64,000 nt of DNA from a virus (Duplodnaviria; Caudoviricetes), in the IMG/VR virus record IMGVR_UViG_3300034062_005355; one strand, 5' to 3'. Each line of letters opens with the position of its first letter. Position 1 is the stretch's first letter. The translations under genes and the position numbers were made by a program. Positions 30,384-40,659 of this stretch are shown piece by piece. The notes under the pieces are model-generated. The model was given only the letters and a program-made list of their open reading frames with translations. It was not told the origin of the DNA and did no database searches.

Positions 30384-30904
30384 AACTACAAGAGAATATA
30401 AATAGGATTAAGGAAGTGATGGGGTTAAACGAAGTGTTTGATGACATCAAAGGGGTTCCGTTATATCATAAGACTTCAACAAACAGAGGATTAGATATAA
30501 TCAATAGTGACGCATTAAGAGCGGGTTCATTACCATCAGGAGATTACTTATCATACGACAAACGATTAGCCAGAACAAAACATCAAAACGCAATATCCTT
30601 TACAAGAGATAAAAATTGGGTACCAGGTTATACGATAGGAATAGGATTGGAATCACCTTTGGAAGATTCAAATATGACCTTTGTTGTCGATAGAAATAAA
30701 TTAAAAACAAAGTATAGGGTCGAACCATTCAATTACCAAGGAATTGAACCTGATTACGAACATCACAAGAAGAACGATGAATTGGAAGAACGTGTGATGA
30801 CAAATGAAATATACCCATTACATCGTTATCTTATTGATATTATTTACACGGGGAATGACCCTGAAGTACAACAGCAAATAGACAATTATCTAAAAAATAA
30901 TTAA
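30380..30904 (+). CDS. LQE-leader possible ADP-ribosyltransferase-fold protein
   Basis: PLYHKT, AISFTRD and ELEERV in ART-like order. Confidence 0.45.
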   Translation: MKLQENINRIKEVMGLNEVFDDIKGVPLYHKTSTNRGLDIINSDALRAGSLPSGDYLSYDKRLARTKHQNAISFTRDKNWVPGYTIGIGLESPLEDSNMTFVVDRNKLKTKYRVEPFNYQGIEPDYEHHKKNDELEERVMTNEIYPLHRYLIDIIYTGNDPEVQQQIDNYLKNN

Positions 30905-30927
30905 CGCCAGCCACACAACGACAGAAA

Positions 30928-31314
30928 TTAATAATAACTTGGTTCGGGGTTGTAGAAACTAATACTTTGTAATGTATCGTGGGGATAAACGTATTTAAAT
31001 AATTCTTTAACCTTTTGTTTTATTTCTGTTGTATCCAAATCAATGAGAACATCAGGTTTAATTCCCAAGAATATAGTATAATAGTATTTCCCTTCATTAT
31101 CATAAGACACAACCTTAATATCGTTAATCATGGGGTATTCACCATCAATCATTCTGAGAATAATTCTTTTAAGGGTTTCGTTGTTTGTCATAATAATAAA
31201 TATGTGGGGATAATAGATATTCAGTTCATTCACTTCTGTGGGTGAGGTTCGGGATAAACCCTCACACACCGCACATACGTTCATTCTCTGATTATCCATT
31301 ATCGTAACGGACAT
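30928..31314 (-). CDS. hypothetical protein (start probably at MTNNET)
   Basis: TATTTAT sits just upstream of the internal Met. Confidence 0.55.
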   Translation of the reverse strand: MSVTIMDNQRMNVCAVCEGLSRTSPTEVNELNIYYPHIFIIMTNNETLKRIILRMIDGEYPMINDIKVVSYDNEGKYYYTIFLGIKPDVLIDLDTTEIKQKVKELFKYVYPHDTLQSISFYNPEPSYY

Positions 31315-31393
31315 TACGGTAATCTACATTACGATAATTAAATCGTGAAGATATATTTGACTAACACAATCTTTATTCTATTTTTGAAAATGT

Positions 31394-32347
31394 ATGAAAG
31401 ATTTAATTTTTATTACAGCTTTTTGTCCAACAGAAGAACAAGAAAGAGTTTTGGAAAAATGTGTTGATTCGGTTTTACAATGTGGTAAAGATATTGCATT
31501 AATATCTCATTCACATATACCAATACATATTCAAAAAAAATGTCAATATTATCTTTATGACCATCTAAATGATACGTCCGATGATTATAATTTATTAGGG
31601 CATAATCATTTCAGTTTTAATAATCAAAAAATACAATCAAGATTTTTTAGTAAAACATTTTATGGATTTGCAATTTATAGAATGTTTTCAATGGTAAGTC
31701 AAATTGCCATAAATTTTGGATACGACAATATTCATCATATTGAATATGATTGTGAGTTATTAGATAAAACTTTGATTGATAAAAATAGTGATTATCTTAA
31801 AGAATACGATTCTGTTATATGTACAGATAATGGTAAAAAAGATGGATTTCTTTTTGGTTCCTTTAAGTCTTTTAAAGTAAGTTCATTACCTGAACATTTT
31901 AAAAACTATAATAGAGATTTCATTGAAAATGAAATGAAAGTACTTGAGCCAAAACAATTAGAATTCTTTACAAAAAATCTTTTCATGAATAACGGAAAGG
32001 TATTATTTCAAAATGAACCATCTGAGGATAAATTCAAAAGAGGTAAGGCATTTTACAATAGAAATTTACATTACACATTATATTACAACCCAATTGATTT
32101 AACCTTAAACATTTTTTATAATTCAATAAATGACAATGAAGAAAATATAGTTGTTATTGTTAATAAAGAAAAAGTAATTAATATTTCGGTTAAACCAAAT
32201 CATTGGCATATAAGAAGTTTGGGAGTTTTTGACAATATAAATCATGTAAGAATAGACAATTTAAAAAAAGTTATATATGAAAAAACATTTGATGATAAGT
32301 TTAGAGAGGTTTTTAAAATAAAGGCATACATAATGGATATTGAATGA
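31394..32347 (+). CDS. possible glycosyltransferase-like protein
   Basis: IFITAF...ISHS...HIEYD; first gene of a sugar-modification cluster. Confidence 0.4.
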   Translation: MKDLIFITAFCPTEEQERVLEKCVDSVLQCGKDIALISHSHIPIHIQKKCQYYLYDHLNDTSDDYNLLGHNHFSFNNQKIQSRFFSKTFYGFAIYRMFSMVSQIAINFGYDNIHHIEYDCELLDKTLIDKNSDYLKEYDSVICTDNGKKDGFLFGSFKSFKVSSLPEHFKNYNRDFIENEMKVLEPKQLEFFTKNLFMNNGKVLFQNEPSEDKFKRGKAFYNRNLHYTLYYNPIDLTLNIFYNSINDNEENIVVIVNKEKVINISVKPNHWHIRSLGVFDNINHVRIDNLKKVIYEKTFDDKFREVFKIKAYIMDIE

Positions 32348-33171
32348 AAAAAATAATAAATTTCACACCAACAGGAACTCAAACCACAAGGAGTAATTCA
32401 TTTGCACCATTAACACCAAATGAAATAATTGATTCAGTTTATGAGGCAAACGAGATTGGAATATCTATTGTTCATTTACATGCAAGAGATGAGGTTACAT
32501 TAGAGAATACCTACAAGAAAGAAGTATATCAAAGGATAATAGAGGGGATAAAAATATATTGTCCTGAACTATTAATTTGTGTATCATTAACGGGAAGAAA
32601 CTTTCCTGAGTTAGAAAAAAGGTCGGAGGTATTACAATTATATCCTGACATGGGTTCACTAACAATGTCATCATTAAACTTTCCATCAGGGACATCAATC
32701 AATCAACCTGAGATGATATTATCTTTAATCAATGAGATGGATAAGTATGGGGTTCAACCTGAGATAGAATGTTTTGATACAGGGATGTTAAACTATACAA
32801 ATTACATTATTTCAAAGAACATATTACAGCCACCATATCACATCAATATCATATTAGGAAACATGTACAATGGTCAATGTGATTTGGGTACCTTATCAAC
32901 AATCAAAAACAATCTACCATCAAACTCATTTACCTGTTTGGGTGGAATAGGTTCACAACAACTAAAGAGTACAACATACGGGTTATTAGATTTTGATGGA
33001 ATTAGAATCGGGTTGGAAGATAATCTATATTACAAAGATAAGGTAAAGACAACAAATATGGAGTTATTAAAACGTGCCCATAGGATAATGAATGAGTTGG
33101 ACATGAAACACTATACATCAAAAGAATTAAGAGAAAAAGGATATGGCAACAAAATTATTAATATTAGGTAA
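32344..33171 (+). CDS. beta-keto acid cleavage enzyme (Kce/BKACE, DUF849)
   Basis: PTG...PLTPNEI...GISIVHLHARD...IRIGLEDN. Confidence 0.85.
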   Translation: MKKIINFTPTGTQTTRSNSFAPLTPNEIIDSVYEANEIGISIVHLHARDEVTLENTYKKEVYQRIIEGIKIYCPELLICVSLTGRNFPELEKRSEVLQLYPDMGSLTMSSLNFPSGTSINQPEMILSLINEMDKYGVQPEIECFDTGMLNYTNYIISKNILQPPYHINIILGNMYNGQCDLGTLSTIKNNLPSNSFTCLGGIGSQQLKSTTYGLLDFDGIRIGLEDNLYYKDKVKTTNMELLKRAHRIMNELDMKHYTSKELREKGYGNKIINIR

Positions 33172-33796
33172 GGGGGATAATAACATTACGATGATATTGG
33201 ATAACTTGTATTCACATAATACAAGACAACCTGATATTCACGTATACAATAATTTGAATCTACCAATCCTAAACACATTTGAACATGATAGATTTAATAT
33301 TGAAATGTTTAACACGGTCAATATGGATGACTACGACTTGATGGCTCTTGGTGTATATCAACCATCACATAAGATAAAAATCGTGGAGACATTAAATCCT
33401 GATAAGAACAAATTCATGAATATAATTCATGATGGTTTGGATATCTCTTACACGAGTAAACTTGGTCGTGGACTTCTAATCAATTCAAAGGTATCAATTG
33501 CCGCACACACGACCATAGGAGACTTTGTATCAATCAACAGACATGTTTCCATAGGTCATCATACAAACGTCGGTGACTATTGTTCTATCAACCCAGGAGT
33601 TAACATTGCGGGAAACGTAACCATAGGAGAAGGAACAACAATAGGAATAGGTGCAAATATAATTGACGGGATAAAGATAGGAAAGAATTCCATAATAGGT
33701 GCAGGTTCAGTTGTAACAAAAGACATTCCCGATAATGTAATTGCTTACGGTAATCCATGTAAAATAATTAGAGACAATGAAACACAATCCATATAA
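33143..33796 (+). CDS. NeuD/PglD-family sugar acetyltransferase
   Basis: Hexapeptide repeats; IGAGSVVTKDIPDNVIAYGNP. Confidence 0.9.
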   Translation: MATKLLILGKGDNNITMILDNLYSHNTRQPDIHVYNNLNLPILNTFEHDRFNIEMFNTVNMDDYDLMALGVYQPSHKIKIVETLNPDKNKFMNIIHDGLDISYTSKLGRGLLINSKVSIAAHTTIGDFVSINRHVSIGHHTNVGDYCSINPGVNIAGNVTIGEGTTIGIGANIIDGIKIGKNSIIGAGSVVTKDIPDNVIAYGNPCKIIRDNETQSI

Positions 33797-34370
33797 GATA
33801 GTACAAATGTTTGAGGAGGAGATTGCCGAATATACGGGAGCTCCATACGCAGTGGCATTAGATAATTGCACTGATGCATTATTTTTATGTTGTACATACT
33901 TGAATGTGGAACATGTTACAATACCTAAGAAGACTTACTTATCGGTTCCACAGGCTGTAATGGCATCAGGGGGAAAACTATCTTTTGATGATGTGGAGTG
34001 GAAAGGGTTGTATCAATTAAAACCATACCCAATTTATGATTCAGCAAGAAGATTCACTTCAAATATGTATATACCAAATACATTCATGTGTTTATCGTTT
34101 CATCCCAAGAAGACACTAAAAATGAGAAAGGGTGGAATGATTCTAACTGATAATGAAGAGGCATACAAATGGTTTAAGAAAGCAAGACACGAAGGTAGAG
34201 ATGAAATACCATATACCCAAGATAATATAAAGTTTATGGGATGGAATATGTATATGACACCACCTGATGCCGCAGAAGGATTGTGGTTAATGTCGTCAAT
34301 GCCAAAGGATAATGAAGATACAATAGAGGATTATCCTGACCTAACAAGAAATGATTTATTCAAATTGTAG
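33777..34370 (+). CDS. short DegT/DnrJ/EryC1/StrS aminotransferase
   Basis: FEEEIAEY.GAPYAVA..NCTDAL; SFHPKK (PLP lysine) followed by GGM. Confidence 0.85.
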   Translation: MKHNPYKIVQMFEEEIAEYTGAPYAVALDNCTDALFLCCTYLNVEHVTIPKKTYLSVPQAVMASGGKLSFDDVEWKGLYQLKPYPIYDSARRFTSNMYIPNTFMCLSFHPKKTLKMRKGGMILTDNEEAYKWFKKARHEGRDEIPYTQDNIKFMGWNMYMTPPDAAEGLWLMSSMPKDNEDTIEDYPDLTRNDLFKL

Positions 34371-34445
34371 TCTATTATAAAAAAGTTTGGGGTTATTAAT
34401 AATTGTGGTATCTTTGTATCTCACAAATAAAGACAACTTAAAACT

Positions 34446-34667
34446 ATGACAGCTTTAGAACTAATCGAAAACGTGGAGATTTTAACTCAAGAACAGTATG
34501 AAATTGTAGATGCATACGACAAAGAGAATTCTACTAATTTAGTTTGGACTTATTTGAATAACATTGGTCCTGACTTTTATACAGGGATTACTCGTTGGTT
34601 AAACACTAACATATATTCAGAAGCGGATAAAGAAGAGTTTGATTTACAAAAGGAGATGGGTTATTAA
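34446..34667 (+). CDS. hypothetical early protein
   Basis: Follows TTTGG-N-TATCTTTG. Confidence 0.65.
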   Translation: MTALELIENVEILTQEQYEIVDAYDKENSTNLVWTYLNNIGPDFYTGITRWLNTNIYSEADKEEFDLQKEMGY

Positions 34668-35108
34668 TTATCTAAAACTATGTGTATAAGACAATGCGTT
34701 CGTATTGAATACTCCATTTATAATAGTCAATAAAGGTACACTCCAAACATCCACACTTCCAAACAAACTCTCAAGCCTTTCATACATCTCATCAGATAAT
34801 ATAATGGTATCAAACTCTTTGTTATTTATATTAGGGGGATTATAACAAGGTTCAGGTAAATCACCTTTAAGTTCGGAAGGGTAATCACCATCATCATCGT
34901 AGTACTTACTATTAACCAATTTAAATAGATAATCGTTATATTCACTATCAGGTAGAACAAACCCTACAGCATAAGGGTCACAACAAACACCCATACCACA
35001 GTTAAATTCAGCCCAATCATAATAAGAATCATCAAATCCTTCAAATGACATATTAATGTAGTTGTGAATGACTTTAGTAAGTTTAGATTCTGTGATGGTT
35101 ACTTTCAT
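34668..35108 (-). CDS. TITE-leader hypothetical protein
   Basis: MKVTITESKL; C-rich CGMGVCC. Confidence 0.75.
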   Translation of the reverse strand: MKVTITESKLTKVIHNYINMSFEGFDDSYYDWAEFNCGMGVCCDPYAVGFVLPDSEYNDYLFKLVNSKYYDDDGDYPSELKGDLPEPCYNPPNINNKEFDTIILSDEMYERLESLFGSVDVWSVPLLTIINGVFNTNALSYTHSFR

Positions 35109-36698
35109 ATGAAATAAATATAAGAGTATGTGGTTAATGTGAAACTAATTCACTCACTCCATGGGTGTCTACTTCGTGACACCATTCCCTTCGTTCATTC
35201 CTTTCACATTCCCCCACCTTATAACTTGTCCCCACCAAACGACAAGACATATGACATGTGATGTAGTGGTTAGATAATATATAGTATAAAAAGACAATAT
35301 CCTACGGATAATAGATAACATACTATCTACGACCTAACCATATAGTGTGGGGAATGAGATGGACTCGTAAGATAAGACCTACGGTCTATGTTTATGTGAG
35401 TCCATTAGTCTCCCACTTATCACCACATGACTTGTCTCCACTATGAAGGGACATATAATATCCACCACGTATGGGGTTAAATAACCTATCGGTTCACTCC
35501 TATAGTCGGTCTTCGACACTCGTTGAAGGGGGATAAAATCCCTCTGTAACACTCACTACGTTCGTTTCACCGCCCATTACACTAGACACTCCTTTTTTAT
35601 CTGGAAAACGTATATAGTAAAAATATGGTCCTCACACTATCGTCAGGGGGAAAAAAGTGGTCATTATACTATCCACATAACCATATCGGTGGTAAAAAGT
35701 GGGGGATAGTGTAGTGACAGGAATACCACAAAAGGGGGTCAGGGGATTATCCCCATGCTAACGCGTCCCCTGACATTTTGACAAATCCAAATTTTTACCC
35801 CTAAAGTTACCCACATCCCCAAACTTTTTATCCCCCTGTCATAGTGTCATGTGGAAAAGTATATTTGTGGATAAGTTTATTTTATGTGTTCCGTAACCCT
35901 AATCTGTTCACTTTGTTCACAATGTGAATATATTTATCCACATGGAAATAACTGTGGACACATTGTCATATGCAATGGACGTAATAGAGGTGGGGAGAAT
36001 AAGAATGGTAATCTCTCTCAACGAGGAAGTGGAACTCGGAACATTATATTTTGAGAAGGCGAAGAGAACCTTCCAACGAAAACCAATAGGGATGGATGCG
36101 TGGGCATGTGTGGATGCAAAGATAGAGGGGTTATATGTCCATGGTGGTGAACACATAACCCCCAAGGATATGGTAAGGAAATGTCAGGACCTCATCAAAG
36201 AGAACGGTTACTAACCCCTTCTCCGACGTGGCGGGGTATTAATCTTTCTTGGTTAACATACGGTATATCCACATGATGATATACCCCAAGAATAAAGCTT
36301 GTAAAAATTTTCTCATGGTACAAAGATATAAAAAGTATTTAGATTTACAACATATTAATTATATTTATTAGTATAATGTTAATATTCCCCCTCAGTAGGG
36401 GATTCACCACTCAGTATCTTAATGAACGTAAAGTTTGGGGTTAATGTTTAATGAATAATCTTATTAAAAATATTACCCTGTGGGTAAGAGAAAGTTAATA
36501 ACCTACACGGAATTTTTTTATTCCATATGTGTGGGGTTTTTAGTTTATGGTCCCCATATTTTTTTTATAGGGCGAGCCGCCTCTGATTCAGCTCCAAGGG
36601 TTTCCCCCAGCCCGTCTTAACAATCTCCCGATATGTGACAATACAAAGGTATGGATAATAATTCAAACCCCCAAATATATTTTCATATATTTATTATT

Positions 36699-37127
36699 AT
36701 GACAAGAGAAGAATTAGAAAACAACTATGAGTATAAGGTAACCAAGAAAGCTCTCATGAGAGAGTTCCCCTTCATTAAGGATGTCTTTGTTAAAGAGGAT
36801 GAAGATATAACAAGATGGTCACACACCATATATCTCGACGTTATAATTGACCCCTTCGCCTTTGGACACCAATATGGTTTCCGTGTTTGGGGACCAATCA
36901 TTAATTACCTTAAACGTGGGGAACCTTATATGTCCCCATACCTATCCCTATTCATCGGGGACCCTGATAGGGTTGAACTTGCATCACCTATTAACAAAGC
37001 CATGGAGGAACTGATGGATGGTATTCATAAGTCCCCCGCCATTCCACAGGAACTTAAGCTTAATAAGAAGTTAATGTTGGGGTCCTTCACCGCAACCCCA
37101 TCATCCTTACCGTCAAACCTGTCATAG
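36699..37127 (+). CDS. hypothetical protein
   Basis: Start MTREELE after TATTTAT. Confidence 0.7.
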   Translation: MTREELENNYEYKVTKKALMREFPFIKDVFVKEDEDITRWSHTIYLDVIIDPFAFGHQYGFRVWGPIINYLKRGEPYMSPYLSLFIGDPDRVELASPINKAMEELMDGIHKSPAIPQELKLNKKLMLGSFTATPSSLPSNLS

Positions 37128-37496
37128 TGACATAACCAAACTAACTTGTCCACATCCCACTGTTGATAACTATAGGAGGGGTGTTTTTTATCCACACCGA
37201 CATAGGAGGGGTGGGGATAACTAACTTATCCACATACCCCTGTCATCCCCCCCTTTGGCATGGGGGTACACCCCCCTCCCCTCCCGTATCCCCCCTTACA
37301 TACTGTCAGAATGTCAGGTTAGGGGGGATAATCCCCTATATAACGACTTTAAAAATTTTGGGAAAAAATGTTCCCTTTTTTGACTATTTATCTTATAGTA
37401 AAACTTATGTATATGAAAAAGAATTTTTGTTTATTTGTTAAGAAAATTACTTTCGGGAAAGTTTGTCTCGGATGGTGTACAATTTAATTAACTTAA

Positions 37497-37576
37497 CCCC
37501 TCCCAACAGAGGGGTTTTTTATTTAAGTGAACCACCTAAGGATTTAAGTACACCACCTATGGGGAATAAGAGCACC
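37497..37576 (+). repeat. direct repeat A (terminator plus accacctatggggaataagagcacca)
   Basis: Second copy at about 37956-38015. Confidence 0.8.
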
Positions 37577-37611
37577 AACCCTTTTTTTAAACCCCATAGT
37601 ATTTATTGAAT

Positions 37612-37950
37612 ATGAATCTACAAGATACCATAAGAAAAGTTCTTAAAGAAGAAATTAAATCATCTCTCAAACTTAGACGAGTGTTAAGTATGTTGGATTA
37701 TGAGGTTGAATATAGATTAAGTTCAATTTATAGACCAGATAACATATGTAGATATGAGAGTGGTGAAGAATTATTGGATGTGGTAGGTGAGGCCGCAATT
37801 GACTCAATGTATTATAAATATTTTGGTAATATGGATGATACTTCAAAAGAATGGGAAAGAACATATTATGATATGGTCCATTATATTGATATGAAATATG
37901 GTGAAAGAATAAAAGATTATTATAATAACAATTGCGAAAATAAAGTTTAA
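37612..37950 (+). CDS. LQD/LKE-leader hypothetical protein
   Basis: MNLQDTIRKVLKEE; flanked by direct repeat A. Confidence 0.75.
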   Translation: MNLQDTIRKVLKEEIKSSLKLRRVLSMLDYEVEYRLSSIYRPDNICRYESGEELLDVVGEAAIDSMYYKYFGNMDDTSKEWERTYYDMVHYIDMKYGERIKDYYNNNCENKV

Positions 37951-38112
37951 TATCCCCCCTCCCAACAGAGGGGTTTTTTATTTAAGATCACCACCTATGG
38001 GGAATAAGAGCACCACCCCTTGATTTAAGAACACGACCCCCTATTTCAATTTGGTCCTAAATCCTGAAAAAAAATTTTTGGAAAATTTTGGGGAAATGTC
38101 TATCTTTGTGGA

Positions 38113-38370
38113 ATGGAAAATTTATGGTCAAAGGCTCATCATTTTATTTTGGATTCCAAGGTGGGTGATTTTTATATGTCGGGGGATAAGAAGGTTTCGG
38201 TTGTTAGGAGAAGTCCAAAGAGGATATATTTTTCCAATGGGAACATCATCTCTATAAAAACCGTTAAGGATGATGTTCATGATTTTTTTTATTTGTCGGG
38301 AAAGAATATTGATAATATGTTAAGGGATATTGAAGGTTATTTTATCTATAAGATTCATAGTAAATTATAG
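38113..38370 (+). CDS. hypothetical early protein
   Basis: Follows TATCTTTG at 38101. Confidence 0.6.
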   Translation: MENLWSKAHHFILDSKVGDFYMSGDKKVSVVRRSPKRIYFSNGNIISIKTVKDDVHDFFYLSGKNIDNMLRDIEGYFIYKIHSKL

Positions 38371-38400
38371 GTTGGGGTTTTTTATTGTATTTGGTTTGGG

Positions 38401-38466
38401 GATATTCGTAAACCTCCGACCACCCGAACTCCCTTCGGTCGGTTCAATCCCCCCGCCCCCTTTTTT
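38401..38466 (+). repeat. GC-rich hairpin repeat B, copy 1
   Basis: ccgaccacccgaactcccttcggtcggttcaa...ccccgccccc-T run; second copy at 39611-39677. Confidence 0.85.
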
Positions 38467-38583
38467 CTGGGTTATTTGTCTTTATGTTATAACCAATTAA
38501 ACAACCTTCCCCATCTTATTATGTTTATGCCACACCCATTGGTTGCATATACGATATGAATATCGGGTATGCGATAGTTAGGT

Positions 38584-38898
38584 TCAATCATTAATTTGTT
38601 TTGAGTTTTCAATATATTTTAAAACCAACAAACGAAAGATAAAAGTTTTGAACGGTATTATTTTATCTGATGGTATTTTATCACCAATCCAGCGAGTAAA
38701 CCATTTTTCATGCGGATATGTTAATAATGATTCTAAAAATCTATCATAACTCATTGCTCCCATACAAGAATCACAAGCTAAATCCATTGGCAACCACCAA
38801 TCAACGTATTCTTGATGTGCTATTTTTAAAATCTCTTCTTTTTCTATTTTATTCATATTTTTACAAAGGTAAAACAAATTAATGACAAAACCTAACAA
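38584..38898 (-). CDS. hypothetical protein
   Basis: ORF; start likely MNKIEK. Confidence 0.55.
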   Translation of the reverse strand: MLGFVINLFYLCKNMNKIEKEEILKIAHQEYVDWWLPMDLACDSCMGAMSYDRFLESLLTYPHEKWFTRWIGDKIPSDKIIPFKTFIFRLLVLKYIENSKQIND

Positions 38899-38949
38899 AT
38901 GATAAACAACATTAAAACGATTGTTTATTATCGGACGTTATAAGTAATA

Positions 38950-39243
38950 TTATTTTTTGATACGTTCTGCGCAAAATTTACAATTCCCTTTGTGTGTTAA
39001 AACATCGCTATGAAATGCGTTTATGTATCCGATATATTCGCAACTATCAATAACGTATAATCTCATATTTCTTATGCCGTTTCCATCAGCAGCATCAATT
39101 TTATCAATAATTGGATAAATTTTGTCAATAGGTGTTAGATCCTGTTTTGGTGTTTCGCTTCCACAACCGAAAAAAATAACAGATACTAACAGCACATAAG
39201 TAAAGACAAAGTGTCTGTGGTAAATTGATGTTATCGTTTTCAT
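38950..39243 (-). CDS. probable lipoprotein
   Basis: Hydrophobic signal ending IFFGC. Confidence 0.6.
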   Translation of the reverse strand: MKTITSIYHRHFVFTYVLLVSVIFFGCGSETPKQDLTPIDKIYPIIDKIDAADGNGIRNMRLYVIDSCEYIGYINAFHSDVLTHKGNCKFCAERIKK

Positions 39244-39339
39244 ATTATATTTGTTTTTAAATTAAATTTTTATCACAACAAATATAAGAAATAAATTTTG
39301 ATTTATCTATTTTTATAAAAAAATAACTACCTTTGTGTT

Positions 39340-39606
39340 ATGGAACATGAGGAAAATAAAATACAGGAATTGGAAGGAGAAATTTTTGAGATGGGATCTA
39401 TTCTTAAGGACCATAGAGATAAGGAGAGAATTTATCAGGAGATATTATCTGACATTAATGGTTCCATAATTAATTTATTTAAAAGAGAAGAAGAGAATAT
39501 CCGATTTAATTTTGGTGAAGAAATTGATTATCGTCAATGTATGATTGGAATGAAAGAATACTTGGATAACATTAAATCTGTGTATAAGGGAAAGATTAAT
39601 TTTTAA
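39340..39606 (+). CDS. hypothetical coiled-coil protein
   Basis: Follows TACCTTTG. Confidence 0.6.
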   Translation: MEHEENKIQELEGEIFEMGSILKDHRDKERIYQEILSDINGSIINLFKREEENIRFNFGEEIDYRQCMIGMKEYLDNIKSVYKGKINF

Positions 39607-39610
39607 TGGT

Positions 39611-39677
39611 GATATTCATATACCGCCGACCACCCGAACTCCCTTCGGTCGGTTCAAACCCCCCGCCCCCCTTTTTT
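39611..39677 (+). repeat. GC-rich hairpin repeat B, copy 2
   Basis: Near-identical to 38401-38466. Confidence 0.85.
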
Positions 39678-40200
39678 TGTCATGCGGACAACTCGTTTCC
39701 ATCAGGTTTAAGTCTATAATCATCAATATTCCTTGTTGCTGACAAAAGCAAATCCATTGCTTGGGCATAGTAGTTTGCTTTAATTCTTATCTCAATATTT
39801 GAGTTTAAGATGTTTTCAAAAATATATTCTTTCATTTTGTATTTTCCGAAGTTTTGTTTAACCAATCATTTATTTCTTTGATGTTCTATTTTTGTTTCAA
39901 TTCAAGTAAATCTTTTTCAAGTTGTTTTATGATTCTCTCCACCAAATAACTAATTTGTTCCATTCTGCTTCCTTCACCTTCATAGTAAGTAAATCCATGG
40001 TTTGTTAATGGATGGTATAACTTCCTAATCTCATTTAGTGCGGTTGCCTTTTTTTGTAATATAACTTGCTCTCGTGTCATAATCAGTAAATTTTATTTTT
40101 AACAAAGGTATATATAAATTCGACATATCCAAATAAAAACCAACCTTTTTTTATTTAAAATAATTCATTATCTTTGTTGGGTTATCCTAAAAATAATGTT

Positions 40201-40659
40201 ATGGAAAAAATTTTAATTGATATTGAAGAAGAAATTTTAACAATTCCTTATGCCCATTTTGAAGACTGGGATATGTTGCAAGTATTCTTGAAAAGAAGAA
40301 AAAATCCTCCTTATAGAATAAGTGATAATTTGGATTTGGCAGGATCTTCGGTTGAATCTCTTGGAAACCTTGAATCGGTTGGTGGGTGGTTGAGTTTGGA
40401 GAAAACTAATATTAAATCTCTTGGAAATCTTGAATCGGTTGGAGGTAGTTTGTTTTTGTGTGATTCTTCAATTAAATCTCTTGGAAACCTTGAATCGGTT
40501 GGAGGTAACTTGGATTTGAGAGGAACTTCAATTAAATCTCTTGGAAACCTTGAATCTGTTGGAGGTAGTTTGTATTTGTATAGAACTCCAATCTCCAAAA
40601 AATATACCAGAGAAGAAATTAGATCGATGGTTAATCTTGGAGGTGATGTATATTTGTAG
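40201..40659 (+). CDS. LRR-like protein without the IITE leader
   Basis: Four SLGNLESVGG repeats; body closely matches 27746-28231. Confidence 0.8.
   Translation: MEKILIDIEEEILTIPYAHFEDWDMLQVFLKRRKNPPYRISDNLDLAGSSVESLGNLESVGGWLSLEKTNIKSLGNLESVGGSLFLCDSSIKSLGNLESVGGNLDLRGTSIKSLGNLESVGGSLYLYRTPISKKYTREEIRSMVNLGGDVYL

Larger units (their letters stand above)
35110..37600. other. mostly non-coding region with DnaA-box clusters: putative replication origin or control region
   Basis: Perfect TTATCCACA at 35866-35874 (minus strand), 35934, 37188 and 37226, plus several near-matches; G/C runs; TGTCA/TGACA motifs. Confidence 0.55.

Noticed and set aside
35917-36214. ORFs 35924-36214 (+) and 35917-36165 (-)
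   Set aside because: They overlap DnaA boxes in a compositionally odd region with no supporting motif. The plus-strand ORF is possible but could not be supported.
37163-37441. 92-aa ORF
   Set aside because: TTG start across G/C-run regulatory-looking DNA; probably spurious.
40340-40580. 60-nt periodic repeats as a CRISPR array
   Set aside because: The variable part keeps an LxLxx pattern and the period is a constant 20 aa, so this is an LRR-like protein repeat without repeat palindromy.
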